Of a DNA stretch of 64,000 nucleotides, positions 50,847 through 62,621 are shown in pieces. Numbering within the stretch: the stretch's first letter is position 1; every line of letters starts with the position of its first letter. Source of the DNA: Dicyema japonicum (lineage: Eukaryota; Animalia; Dicyemida); the NCBI GenBank assembly GCA_011109175.1, contig RDEW01000065.1, positions 81,984 through 145,983 on the forward strand, in the 5' to 3' direction. Position numbers and translations under genes: made by a program. The notes under the pieces are model-generated. The model did no database searches, had not been told where the DNA came from, and saw nothing but the letters and a program-made list of their open reading frames with translations.

Positions 50847-51961
50847 TCATTTTTGTGGAATCGTCTTGTCGAAGCACTTTACATCTGCCGTCCAGTCGGA
50901 CCCACTTAGTGAAAAAATGTTGGAAAAGCGGTGATTCCACAGCACCTCGTACGACTTGTAGGAAGTACGGGACTTTACAGAATGGCCGATTGACTCGCTG
51001 ATCCCAGTAGCGATGGCGATTATCTCACAACCCTCAAAAATGAATGAAGTTCTGGTATATCGGTAAAGTGGACTTGTTTCGTCGATTAAATGGGTCACTG
51101 TTATAGGCCATCCGGAATCACAACAGCTCGAATCAAAGTTTGTGGACAGTCGTTTGAAGTAAAACGGAATTATCTCCCCCTCTCGAGTCTTCCTTGAATA
51201 TACGAGAAACATCTTGACGCTTGTGGCGATTATCTGAGACTTTTGTAAGTTGAGGATTCGACAGATCAGATATCGACGTCCATTTCTTTTACAGACAACT
51301 GCATTTTTGGAGAAGGTCCACGTCTTTGCCCGCGAAAGAGGGGATGAAATCTTCATGAAGGCCAATCCCAGAGTTATCGACTCGATATAAATTCCAAAAA
51401 TCGTCTGCAACATCAGAATAAGTCCTGAAGTATAGCATTGGTTCCCAATAAACATATCTCCGTACCCCACAGTGCTCTGGGTCACTATTGAGAAGATCAT
51501 GGCTCCTAAAAACCCTTTCAAATTGTAAACACACGTGGTTTTTGAATCGCTGTGGATAACAACGAGATACCAGATAACGGCAAAAATATTCCAGACGATC
51601 ACATAAACGGTCAAAAGAAAGACGAATATGTAAATCCACTTCCACATGAGGAGGGTGGTCACAAAATCATGGAACAAATACTTGGTCTTAGACCCTGATA
51701 TTTGCAGTTTGAATTTCCCCCGTTTGTCCACCAATCTGATGTCTGTTCGGCCAAAATTTATATTTCCGTCAAAAGAAAACGCATTTCTGTTTTTTAGAAT
51801 CGCTTCTGTGACGGTCATATAAGTGGAGGTATCATTGTCTATGGAAGCCTACTAAAAATTCCCCAAATACTAACGTTACTCGGTTTCTCTGTGAGAGGAA
51901 TGTGAGTTAATGCTTCATAATTAATTTCAGACCTTGTTATTATAAATCTGCTTGGCTGCAT
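50847..51961 (-). CDS. Inward-rectifier potassium channel (Kir), about 362 aa
   Basis: M1, TVGYG filter, M2, and cytoplasmic PITVTHLIDETSPLY / RTSY..EVLWNHRF. An upstream 87-nt exon (51875-51961) joins through a 26-nt intron at 51849-51874. Confidence 0.95.
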
Positions 51962-53240
51962 TATTTTATATCCTTTATTAAATTTTAGATTAAATTTAAA
52001 TATTTTTAAATTTATAATTTTATTTAAATAATTATTAATTTTTTATTTCTTCAATCTATATTCCAGTTTTTAATAAATAAATAATAATATTCCAGTTTTT
52101 AACATTCTTGGTTAGCAGTTGTGGAACAAGGAACGATCCACTGGCCAACAAACGACCTTTTTCATGGTATCCTGATATTGGACGGTGGATTCTAATAACT
52201 CCAGAGGACCATTGGTCAAATAATTAGCGAAGAATCGGTAAAATTACAGTATCTCTAATATATGGGATTCGTATCAGTATCGGGGACCAAAGGAACTCAG
52301 AGATCATTGTTTAGTTAACTTTACCCCTTTATTTGATCTCTGTTAATAATTCAAGTCCCTTATCATAATTACTGTCATTTCTCATATATCAGGGATATTA
52401 TCAGCAATTTTAAAGATATCAGACTATATCAATGATTATCACATAAACAGTGATACTAAAGATCCGTTTGAGGAACATCACTGACATTCTTTGGTCGACA
52501 CGGACCAATGGCTTCGGTTTTATGCGTTTCGGCAAGTAACCAGAAAACCCAAGTGGAAACAAAGTCGCTCATTGGGGGAATGTCAGTCGGTCTGACAAAA
52601 GGTAATCCGATCGATTCGCAGAGGCACTTTTTGAAAAAAAATAATTTACTCTGAGATCACATGTTAGTCGCCTTCAACATCTTCTTTCTCGGAGTTTTAA
52701 TAAATGTGCTAATGTTTGCCATAAGAGGGGATAATCTAAGTAACTTTAATGCTTGTTAGCTTTTTTTTTTTTTTGCTTGTTAGCTTAAGTAATTGTTAAA
52801 TGTGTCTGAATGAATAAAAATTGACGAATAATAAATGGAATTTTTGGAATTTTAATATTTTTATTGGAATATACTAAAAAGAACAAAGTCATATTAGTGC
52901 TGCCAATGTCGTGGGGTAGAATCCGAAAGATTTAATTTTCAGCGAATTCTCGTCAAACAAATCCCACCCTTGATGCGACGAGTAATTCTGACACGACAAG
53001 GTATTTAAAAAAATCTTCCCACCCTTACCAAATATTGTAAGTTTGGGGATAAGTGCTGTTACTCAGTAACCGTAAATTCGACTCACATTGTTGCCTACTT
53101 GGTCGAAGGATTTCCTTCTTCCAGGTGATCCTTCGAATCCCCTTTTCGACAAGTTCTTCAACTACCTTTATAAATTATCTTCCACTTCTCACGTTCAATA
53201 TCCAGAAGACTATTTTTAATCTTTAATCACTCTCGATATC

Positions 53241-53552
53241 TTGAAGAACAGAGAAAACATCACATATAGGACCCTCATCCAGAAGACCCCAGCGAATATG
53301 AATAAAGCAATCGAAATCATATACCGTCAGACAATCGCGCCGGCCGTGGAATATGCCTCTGCTGCGTGGAGATTGGCGTTATCAGAGCCACTATCCAAAA
53401 CTAAACTTACTGCAAAGAAAAACAATACGTATACTGGGACCACAATGTGTAACAAAAATACCTCCCCTGCTGACGGAATCTACAACTCGTAAATGTGGTT
53501 CCGAATTTCTCCGCATTTGCGAGGAAGATAGACACCCACTAATCCTCTCACT
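53241..53552 (+). mobile_element. L2-like C-terminal remnant, host of the nested RTE pair (resumes after 59426)
   Basis: IAPAVEYASAAW..RICEEDRHPLILSL continues as FHAKENRL after the TSD. Confidence 0.55.
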
Positions 53553-56500
53553 TATTATTATTGTGGCACTTTCACAAAAGCCATAATGATTATAGCCCCG
53601 CATGTGCAACACTCAAAGAAACAATATTTATAGTTAGTCTTTTCCATCTTCCTCTGTCGAATGCGAGTGATCTCAATTCGTCCAGGTCGTCCCCGTCTTT
53701 AGATTTTTTCTCACACGATTTAGGTTTTCGTTTAGGCAGTCAAAAGTGTCGATTTAGGTCGTCCGCGGAAGGGTTTGTCGCACTGTCAAAGTAATCTTTC
53801 ATCGCTTTGTTAGCGGGTGCGTCCGGGTTCATTCTTAGTACATGCCCAAATAGCCTCCATCGGACATCTATCACATCCTTGATGATGTATGTACACATAC
53901 ACTTGTTGTAGATACCAGTGGTTGATATTCTACGTGGCCACTCCATTCCGAGTAAGCTTCTTAGTTGCCTTCTATGGAACGAATCCAGTTTCAATAGTTC
54001 GTTAAAGGAACTTCCCCATGTCCCAGCGTTATACAGTAGGATCGGTTTCACAAACGCGTTGTAAAGCCTGCATCTGATGTCAATTCCAAGTCCTTTGGCC
54101 CTTAGCCATCCTTTCTTCAGTTTAGCCAGTGTTTTCCTCCTTAGTACATCTTCAGCGTCTCCTAGTAGAGAGCCGAGCTTATTAGTACGTCTCCATCTTT
54201 CATGAGTAATATCGTCTTCTCTTTTGATTTCCGTAATTTCAGTTTTGTCAACATTTACGCTGAGAAACCATTTCTCAAGCTCCGCAGGTGCATTTTCTAG
54301 TAGGTGTTGGAGTGTTGTAACGTCCCGTGAAACGAAATCCACATCATCCGCATAAGATGTCTCTTCTATTTCTCCTATACAGCATTTACGGAGGTCGCGG
54401 AGTGCAGATTCAAGGTATATGGTGAATAGTAAAGGGGAGAGGGAATCACCCTGGGGTGTCCCAATCGTTGTTTTGAAACTGCAGGAAGTTGCTCCTTCTG
54501 TCCTCACTGATAGTCTTGTGTTCACAAGTAGTAGTCTGATTATCCTAACCGACGATTTATCCAATATTTGTACAACCACAGCTATCAGTTTCTGTCTAGT
54601 TATTGAGTCAATAGCTCTGGAGAGATCTATTTCCAAAACGGTGTTGGGCTTTTGAATCTTTGTTTTGTTACACAGCGCCATCTATGGCTCCATACAATGT
54701 CCGCCGAAGACCTCCCTTCTCGGAAACCCACTTTGACTTGCTGGTAGGTATAGATCTGCCACACCTTTTATCCGACTTAGTACAATGTTTGGCAGCACCT
54801 TGCGTATCGAATTCAGAAGTATTATCGGGCGGAGATTTTCTACTGGTCCTTTTGATTTGTTCGGTTTTTGTATGGATATTAATAGTCCATTTCCAAGTCC
54901 TAGATCGGTATTAGTATCAAATGTGTCATTTAGGGTTTTTGCAATTGTGTCGCTAAGTCTTTTTGGCCCATATTTTAGGAGCTCAGGGCTTATGTTGTCC
55001 GGCCCAGCACTCTTGTTGTTCTTCAGTTTATTTATCGCTAATTCCACCTCTTCCACTGTGATTGAGATTTTTAGCGGCTTTGTTTCTCCCTGGAAAGGGG
55101 AAAGTCCTTATTTTCTTTATTCAACAGTGTTTCGAAGTGTCGTGCAATCAAATCTGCTTTTTCTTTCGGGTTACCCACGAATTTTCCATCTTTGTCTTTG
55201 ATGTGAAGGTGTTTTGTCCTTTCTTTGTCCGCAGCAGCCGCAAAGCCGCATACATCCTTGATTTGTCCTTTAGGCATTCCACATTTTTAATATTATTATT
55301 ATTACAGCACTTATCGCCTTGCCATAATAGTTATAGCAAAGCATGTGCAATACAAGAAACAATGTTATTAGTTAGCCTCTTCCATCCTCCACGGTTACAC
55401 GCAGTCGATCTCAGCATGTCCAGATCGTCTCCCGTCTTTAGGCATTTCTTCATCCTTTGGAGGTCTTTGTGCAGCATGATAGGTAGGGTCATCCTTGGTC
55501 TGCCACGGAAGCATTTGCCCTCGAACATGAAATGGTCCTCCATCGCCACATTAGCCGGGGCAGCAAGATCCATGCGTAGTACGTGACCAAACAGTCTCCA
55601 CCGGGCGTCAGTGATTTCCAGGCTTAGAGGCCTACTCTGCATTTTTTTGTAAATACCGGTATTCGAGATTCTGGCTGGCCACTGCATGCCAAATAATACT
55701 CTAAGCTGTTTTCTGTGGAACCCATCGAGAGCCATTGATTCCGCACCTGTACAGGCCCAAGTACCAGCATTGTATGTCAGTATCGGTTTCACAAATGCAT
55801 TGTACATGCGTATCCGCAGATTGACATCTAGTCCTTTCAGCCATTCCTTTTTTTGTCCGGTGCATTTCCAGCAGATGTGTGAGAGCTTCTGTATCCTCGG
55901 ATATAAAATCCACATCATCCGCGTATACGACTTCGTTTATTTTTCCTTCATAGCAAGTTCTTAGATCCTTTAGTGCAGCTTCGAGATATATCACAAATAG
56001 TAAGGGGGAGAGGGAGTCTCCCTGAGGAGTGCCGATTGTAGTTTTGAATGGTCGGGATAGAGTTCTCCCAATTCGGACTGACAGTTCAGTACTTGAGAGA
56101 AGTACTCTGATTATCCGTAGCAATGATTGGTCCACAAATTGATGAAGGACAACCATTAGCTTGTGTCGGCTAATGGTGTCGAAAGCTCTTGACATATCGA
56201 TCCCCAGGATGGTCGTGGCATTTTTGTATCTTTGAGCCGTTGCACACCGCCACCTGTGGCTCCACAGAATGTCCGCTGTCGACCTTCCTTCACGAAATCC
56301 ACTATGGCATGCTGATAGGTAATTTCCTGCAGGATGTTTTAAGCGGTCCAAAGCAACAGATGCAAGAACTTTTCGTAATGTGTTTAACAATATGACTGGG
56401 CGTAGGCTTTCTAGTGGTCCCTTTGGTTTGTTAGGCTTTTGTATAGGTATCAATGTCCCTTTCCCCAGTGGTAGGACAGAGTTGGATGTAAACATTCCAT

Positions 56501-59414
56501 TTAACAATGTCGCAATGGTTTCGAATAGACGCATAGGTCCATATTTCAGCAGTTCGGGAGGGATGTTGTCTGGTCCAGCGCTCCTGTGATTCTTTAGCTT
56601 ACTGCACGCACTCTGAACTTCCTTAGATGTGATAATTGTTTCCAGCATCCGCGGTTCTCCGATGAAAGGGGCCAGTTCTTGGCCGTTCGCATTGAACAGT
56701 TTTTCAAAATGGGCAGCAATCAATTCGATCTGTTCGTCTGGTTTTAAGATAAGTTTCCCCTTCCCATCCATAACATGTACTGTCGCTTTTTTCTTTCCTC
56801 GCATTAGTCGGACTGCAGCGAACATTTGTGCATTGTCCTTTAGTTGCTCCAGCTCTCTAAGATGTGATAGGAAGACATCCTTCGAGTGTTCATTATTAAG
56901 CTTCATGATTCTTCTCTTGATAATATTTCGTTCAGTTCGTAGTTTGTTTTTGATATGTATATCCGTCGTGTTTAGACTCTGTATCCATATTTCTCGTTGT
57001 TGTTTTGCCAGTAATAAGGAGTCTGGATGGCCAAGTGACATATTTCCGGTTGTCTGCCGTCTCACTCCAAGGTGGGTGTTTGCGGCAAGGCAAATAATGC
57101 TTTTGGTCTGATCCCATAGGTCTTGTATAGTCATATTAGCTGGTAATGTATATAGGTGGTTCTCTATATGTTTTTGGTAGTTTGTCACCAGCAGCGGCTG
57201 AGACCAGAGCTTCTCAGTCATATATACATGGGTATGGTAAGGTGGTAGCGTTTTGCTTAGACTCAGGTTCTTCCTGCCAATGTAGTATTTCTTCAAGGAG
57301 AACTTGCCAATAACCATTTTATGGTCACTATTTATCATCGACCCTCCATAAGAACGGGCATCATTCAGTAGGTGTTTGTCCTTGGTCCGACAAATGATGT
57401 AATCAATTTGATTATAAATATTGACACTTTTGTTTTCCGAGTTCGTTCTATGGCCAGTCCATGTGCTCCTGTGGCGAGCTGGGTGCATAAAGGCAGTGTT
57501 TCCTATGAAAAGATCATTCGCTTGACAGAAATTGGCCAGTAGTGTTCCCGGGGTGTTTCTCCACCCCCGTCCATGCCTGCCGATGAACGATTCCTCTCCA
57601 CTGCGTCGCATCCCAACTTTAGCGTTAAAGTCCCCGGCAATAAATATCAACGACGAAGATTCGTATTCCGAGTACGTCCTCAATAGTTGACAGTAGAAGT
57701 CATCCAGTTCCTCAGGATTTTTCAAAAATCTGCCACTATGTGGAGCATACACGTTAATGACTGTCATGTAGCTTTTGGAAGGGCACATGTCATTCATCCT
57801 AATTTGCAGAACACTAATCCTGTCGTTGACTTTCCAAAATTGATGTATCCGTGGTACAAGATGTTCATGGACTGCGAAACCTTGTCCGTAATGTTTAGAC
57901 TCACTAGGGAAGAGAATAAGTTTATAGTTTCCATAGTGTTCACAGCATCCATCAGAGACCTTCGTTTCATGCAGACATCCGATAGAGACGCGGTACTTGT
58001 CTAAATCATCGCACAGTGTTTTCCTCATCCATGTCTTCGAGATCCCCCTGACATTAAACGAGAGTAGGTTGAGGCCATCCCATTGAATCTTGTATTTTTC
58101 AGACTGCATTTAAAGAGCCACGTCACTAACTCAACCAACATTTTTAATAGGGATGTAATAATTTCCTGTGTTTTCTGTTCATCTTTTTGATTTTCCATTT
58201 TAGTTCCCTTTGTTGGATATTAAGCTCTTTTTTTACTCTCGTCTGACGTGTTTGCCGCTTTTAGCCGCAGCTCTCTGCAATTCTTTGCCATATCTGGCAC
58301 GTTCGAGTGGTGATCCAATTTTAAGCGTAATGATTTTTGACTCCAAGGCATATATTGGCCGACTTGGAGATTACCTGCTTTGTTTGATCCCACAGAGTTC
58401 GTACTTATGATTCCGGTGCGGTTTTCTCTATAATATTCTCGATTTGTTCGTGATATTTAGCTCTACAAGTGGACTCTAACCACAATTTTTCTGTCTGTAA
58501 GTATATATTGGGCCTTTGTCTCGCCTTCTTCGCGTTTTCAAAGTATTTTTCCCAGTCAGGTGTTTTTTTACACAAAGTTTTGCAATGACGATCCTGTGGT
58601 CGCTGTCAGTTGTTGTTCCCTGGTAGGAACGTGCATCATTTAGCAGGTGTTTATCAGACTTTCGGCAGATAATGTAGTCGATTTGATTATATATATTCAC
58701 GGTCTCTCCGACAGAGTTTTTTCTTTGTCCGTGCCATGTCGTCTTGTGGCAAGCTGAGTGCGTGAAGGTCGTGTTGCACAGGAAAAGGCTATTTGCCTTG
58801 GAGAAGTTCACCAGAGAGGCTCCAGACGCATTTCTCCTTCCGCGCCCATGTCTTCCAATAGAGGATTCTTCGGGCCCCATTTGTATTCCGGCCTTTGCAT
58901 TTATATCTCCCGCAACAAAGACAAGGGACGAGGAAGCATTATTAGAGTATGTACTTGTTAGTTCTGAGTAGAATTCTTTGAGCTCACTGGGGTTCTTGGT
59001 GCATAGACATTTATGACAGTTAATAGACTCTTGGACGGGCATAGTTCATTTAGTTTGACTTTGTAGGACACATATTCGGTTGTTGACTCTTCAATAGCGA
59101 TGTAATTTTTTGAGGTAATCCACGTGTAGGGGAAATTCCATCCCGTAGTGCTTGCATTCAGTTGGGAAGAGAATCAGTCGGTAGTTGTTCCATGTCTCAT
59201 CGCGTCCATTTTCGATTTTCGTCTTTTGTAGCCAATAGATATTTTGTATTTCTCGAGATCGTCACAAAGTAGTTTCCTTGTCCAATCTTTCGATATTCCA
59301 CGTACGTTGAACGTCATTAGCCTTAGTTCTCGATTGTATAATGAGTGTTTTTCAGACATTTTTCTTAACCGTTGTACAGAGAAGCAACGAAACACATCAC
59401 CGTCTCACCAAAAA
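53553..59414 (-). mobile_element. Full-length but decayed RTE element A (contains nested element B)
   Basis: 12-bp TSD AATCCTCTCACT at 53541-52 and 59415-26. APE at 58476-59395, RT at 53740-55277, (TAA)n tail. Confidence 0.92.
55293..58137 (-). mobile_element. Younger RTE element B: single APE-RT ORF, open for over 730 codons, with an internal deletion near 55860
   Basis: 12-bp TSD ACATTTTTAATA at 55281-92 and 58138-49. ORF 55701-58109 with APE (CLHETK, GDFNAKVG, QIDYII, SDH) and RT (QGDSLSP, YADD). 28-nt 5' UTR and (TAA)n tail. Confidence 0.95.
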
Positions 59415-59459
59415 AATCCTCTCACTGTTCCACGCAAAAGAAAATCGGTTAACTAAGAA

Positions 59460-62140
59460 ATTTCCGTCCCCAATCAGCTTCTTCTGCAAGGATCAAAGAA
59501 GGCATTTCCGTTCGACGGTGGGGGAACAATGGAGACACACAAAAAGAATTGAAAAGATCAAACTTGGGAGAGGAATCTTGCAAGGAGACTCACTCTCTCC
59601 CCAGCTGTTTACTCTGGTAATGAACCCACTAAGCCGAATATTAAATATAAAATTTCCGAAGATATGTATCAAAGTGATCCGTCTATTGTGACATATGCGA
59701 CTAACCATTTTCTTTTTATTGACGACCTGAAAATAATTGCCGAATATGAAGATACTATTCTAAATGATGGAGGATATTGAGTGTTGTTGGCTTTAAAAGA
59801 AACTGTGAAAAGTCTGCGACTAATCTGAAATGTGTCAAAGATACAAGTTATCTGGATGGTTGTGAGGGATATCGCTATCTTGGAGTGTTAGAAGATAAAG
59901 GGAGTACGGTTATGAAAGACAAAGTTATGGAAAAATTGCTGAAAATGTGAAGAAAAGAATAGAGATGCTGGCGAATTCGAAATTAAACGTTGTAAATTTG
60001 TTTAAAGCGATAAATGAATACGCACTCTCGCTGTATAATTATTATATTGGGCTTATCGACATTGAACCACGTGAATTCGAAGCTATTGATTTAGAAATCA
60101 GGCGTATACTCTCTAACTTACGAGTGCATTTAAAACTTGCTAACAAAGAAAGATTATATCCCAGCAGGAATAGTTTTGGAAGAGGATTAACCTCAATTCC
60201 TGATAAGAGTGAATGCATGTTATTTCAATTTCTGACCGACTTTGAGAGGAAATCAGGAATCTTGCGGGTCTTAAAACAAAGAAAAACACATTATTATTAG
60301 CACTTTCACGAGAGCCATAATATTTATAGCATGTGCAGCAAAAAATATAAGAGAATTAGTTAGGTTGCTTCAAGTTCTTCTGTTTTTTGCTAGGTCCCTC
60401 AGTGAGCCCAGATCGTCATTAGATGCCAATGTTTTCTTCACGGCTTTCAGATCGTTTTGTAGAACAACCGGGAGGGTAGTTCTCGGTCTTCCACAAAACA
60501 TTGGAGGAGTAGTAATCTCCCATTGCGATATTCGGAAGGGATATCGGGTCCAATCTCAGGACGTGTCCAAAAAGTCTCCAACGAGAGCTAATGATCTTGT
60601 GGCTTAATGGTATACAGTCACACTTATTGTACAGTCCATTCCGCGAGATCTTGGATGGCCAGGACATTCCAGTTATGATTCTTAGATGATTCCTGTGAAA
60701 TGAGTCTAGCCTCTCCAATTCCTCTTTAGAGGTGGCCCAGGTCCCAGAGTTGTATAGTAGAATTGGTTTGATGAAGGTGTCGTATAACATAATCCTTTGT
60801 TTTATGTTATATCCTTTCCGTTTTAGCAAAGATTTTTCAGCCTTTGTAATGCCGCATTTGCCAATGTTTTTCTCCGTATGATGTCTTCGCTATCTCCTAG
60901 TAGAGAGCCAAGTTTCTTTATGTGTCTCCATTTTTCTTCGAGTGTGTTGTTCATTCGTTTTATCTCTGTCCGTTCTGTTTTTCCCTGTTCACGGTGAGAA
61001 ACCATTTCCCAAGTATATCTGGTGCTTTTTCTAATACATGCTCCAGGAGTTCTTTGTCTTCAGAAATTAGGTCGACATCAGCATAAATCACTTTTTCTAT
61101 AATTCCTTGGTATAATGGTCTCAGTTCCCTCATAGCGGCCTCCAAGTATATTGTGAATAGTAGGGGAGAGAGGGAGTCTCCTCGAGGAGTGCCAGTGTTT
61201 GTTTCAAATTTTCTTGAGTAAGTTTTTCCAACTCTCACAAGAAGCTCTGTGCTAGACAGAAGGATTTGAATCATTCTTAGACTCGATTCGTCAATAAACC
61301 CTTCCAGCACTGTCATCAATTTTTTCCTGTTAACCGAGTCAAAGGCTTTTGATAGATCTATTCCCAAGAAAAACACATATGACCACTATTGCAAGATTTG
61401 TTGCACTCAAATACAATGTGGATGACCTATCTAACTTGAACACTGATGTTATAAAGGAATATCAAAAGAAGAATTATTTGGAAAAGACTAATCAGAAATT
61501 GCTTCATTCAATTAAGTGTTTTGAAAATACGAATGTCGAATGGATCAACAGAATGGCTTACTGGGGGAAACAATAGTCCAAGGTCGGATGCAATGTACTG
61601 CATGATACAGGATCGAAATCTGTTCTTTGAAGAGATGAAAGCAAATTGCAGTCATTGTGGAATGGCCAAAAAGTGTGGATCACCTGGCTAGACGATGTAC
61701 CAGGATGCTTAGCAGTGCGTATATGTGGCGACATAACGAAGTTGTAAGACGCATACAGTCCAATCGATTGTGTCAAAAAGTAAAGTTGAAATACGAGTCG
61801 ATACAACACTACAAACGGATATACAAGTTAAAAATAACAAACCTAATATTTTCGTTATCGATAAATCCAAAAACGAAATAATACTAATAGAAGTAGGGAT
61901 CACTTCCCAAGATTTGCTAAAACATGTTGAAGTGGAAAAACTACACAAATACGATTTTCTGGCAGGAGAACTAGCACAAATTCACAAGGCCAAGGTGACA
62001 ATAATTCCGATTGTTTTGACATGGGATGGAGTAGTAACAAAGTACTACAAGTCCTATATGGAAAGACTTAACGTGGATGTCTCTAGAAGGGCGTACATCC
62101 AATCAATGACGATTAAAAAAACTTTAGAGAGCTGATAATC
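59460..62140 (+). mobile_element. R4/Dong-like RLE non-LTR retrotransposon split by an RTE insertion
   Basis: GILQGDSLSP, FIDDL, YLG, RLYPSR..GRGL, HLARRC..YMWRHNEVV; RLE motifs NKPNIFVID..IEVGIT..EKLHKY..IIPIVLTWDG. Confidence 0.9.
60292..61365 (-). mobile_element. 5'-truncated RTE element D nested in the R4-like element
   Basis: 13-bp TSD AAGAAAAACACAT at 60279-91 and 61366-78; RT and conserved 3' end. Confidence 0.93.
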
Positions 62141-62154
62141 GAGCATAGATCCAT

Positions 62155-62620
62155 TAATGTGCGTTTAAACAATGCATTTATTTTGCCTATTTTGCTGTAC
62201 AACTCAGAAACGTGGGGTTTGAATCAAACTTGTACTGAAAGACTAAATGCTTTTCACAGAAAACAGCTGAAATCCCTACTAGACATACGCTATCCGAAGG
62301 TGATCAGCAACCAGAACCTATACACTATATGTAAATCTGAAAGCTTGGGGACCATTGTAATGAAATCTCGATGGGGATTATTTGGGCATATATTGAGGGT
62401 ATATCCTGCTGCTCCTGCAAAGGATATTATGGAACTGTACTTCCTAAGCACTGGTCCTTTTCGGGGCAGACCATGGACAACACTTCTTCTGACCTCAAAT
62501 AACGACCTAAAAATGCAAAATGCGACTGGAAAATCTTGATGACCTAGACGACCTCCGAGAAATTGCAATCTCAAATGATTAACTCTCTTGTTGTGAATGT
62601 GCATTATTATTTATTATTAA
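62155..62620 (+). mobile_element. RTE 3' remnant
   Basis: ILLYNSETW..RWGLFGHILR..GRPWTT followed by an ATT-rich tail. Confidence 0.8.
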
Positions 62621-62621
62621 A

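Noticed and set aside
54419-58961. Numerous plus-strand ORFs of 60-170 aa
   Set aside because: Antisense shadows of the RTE ORFs.
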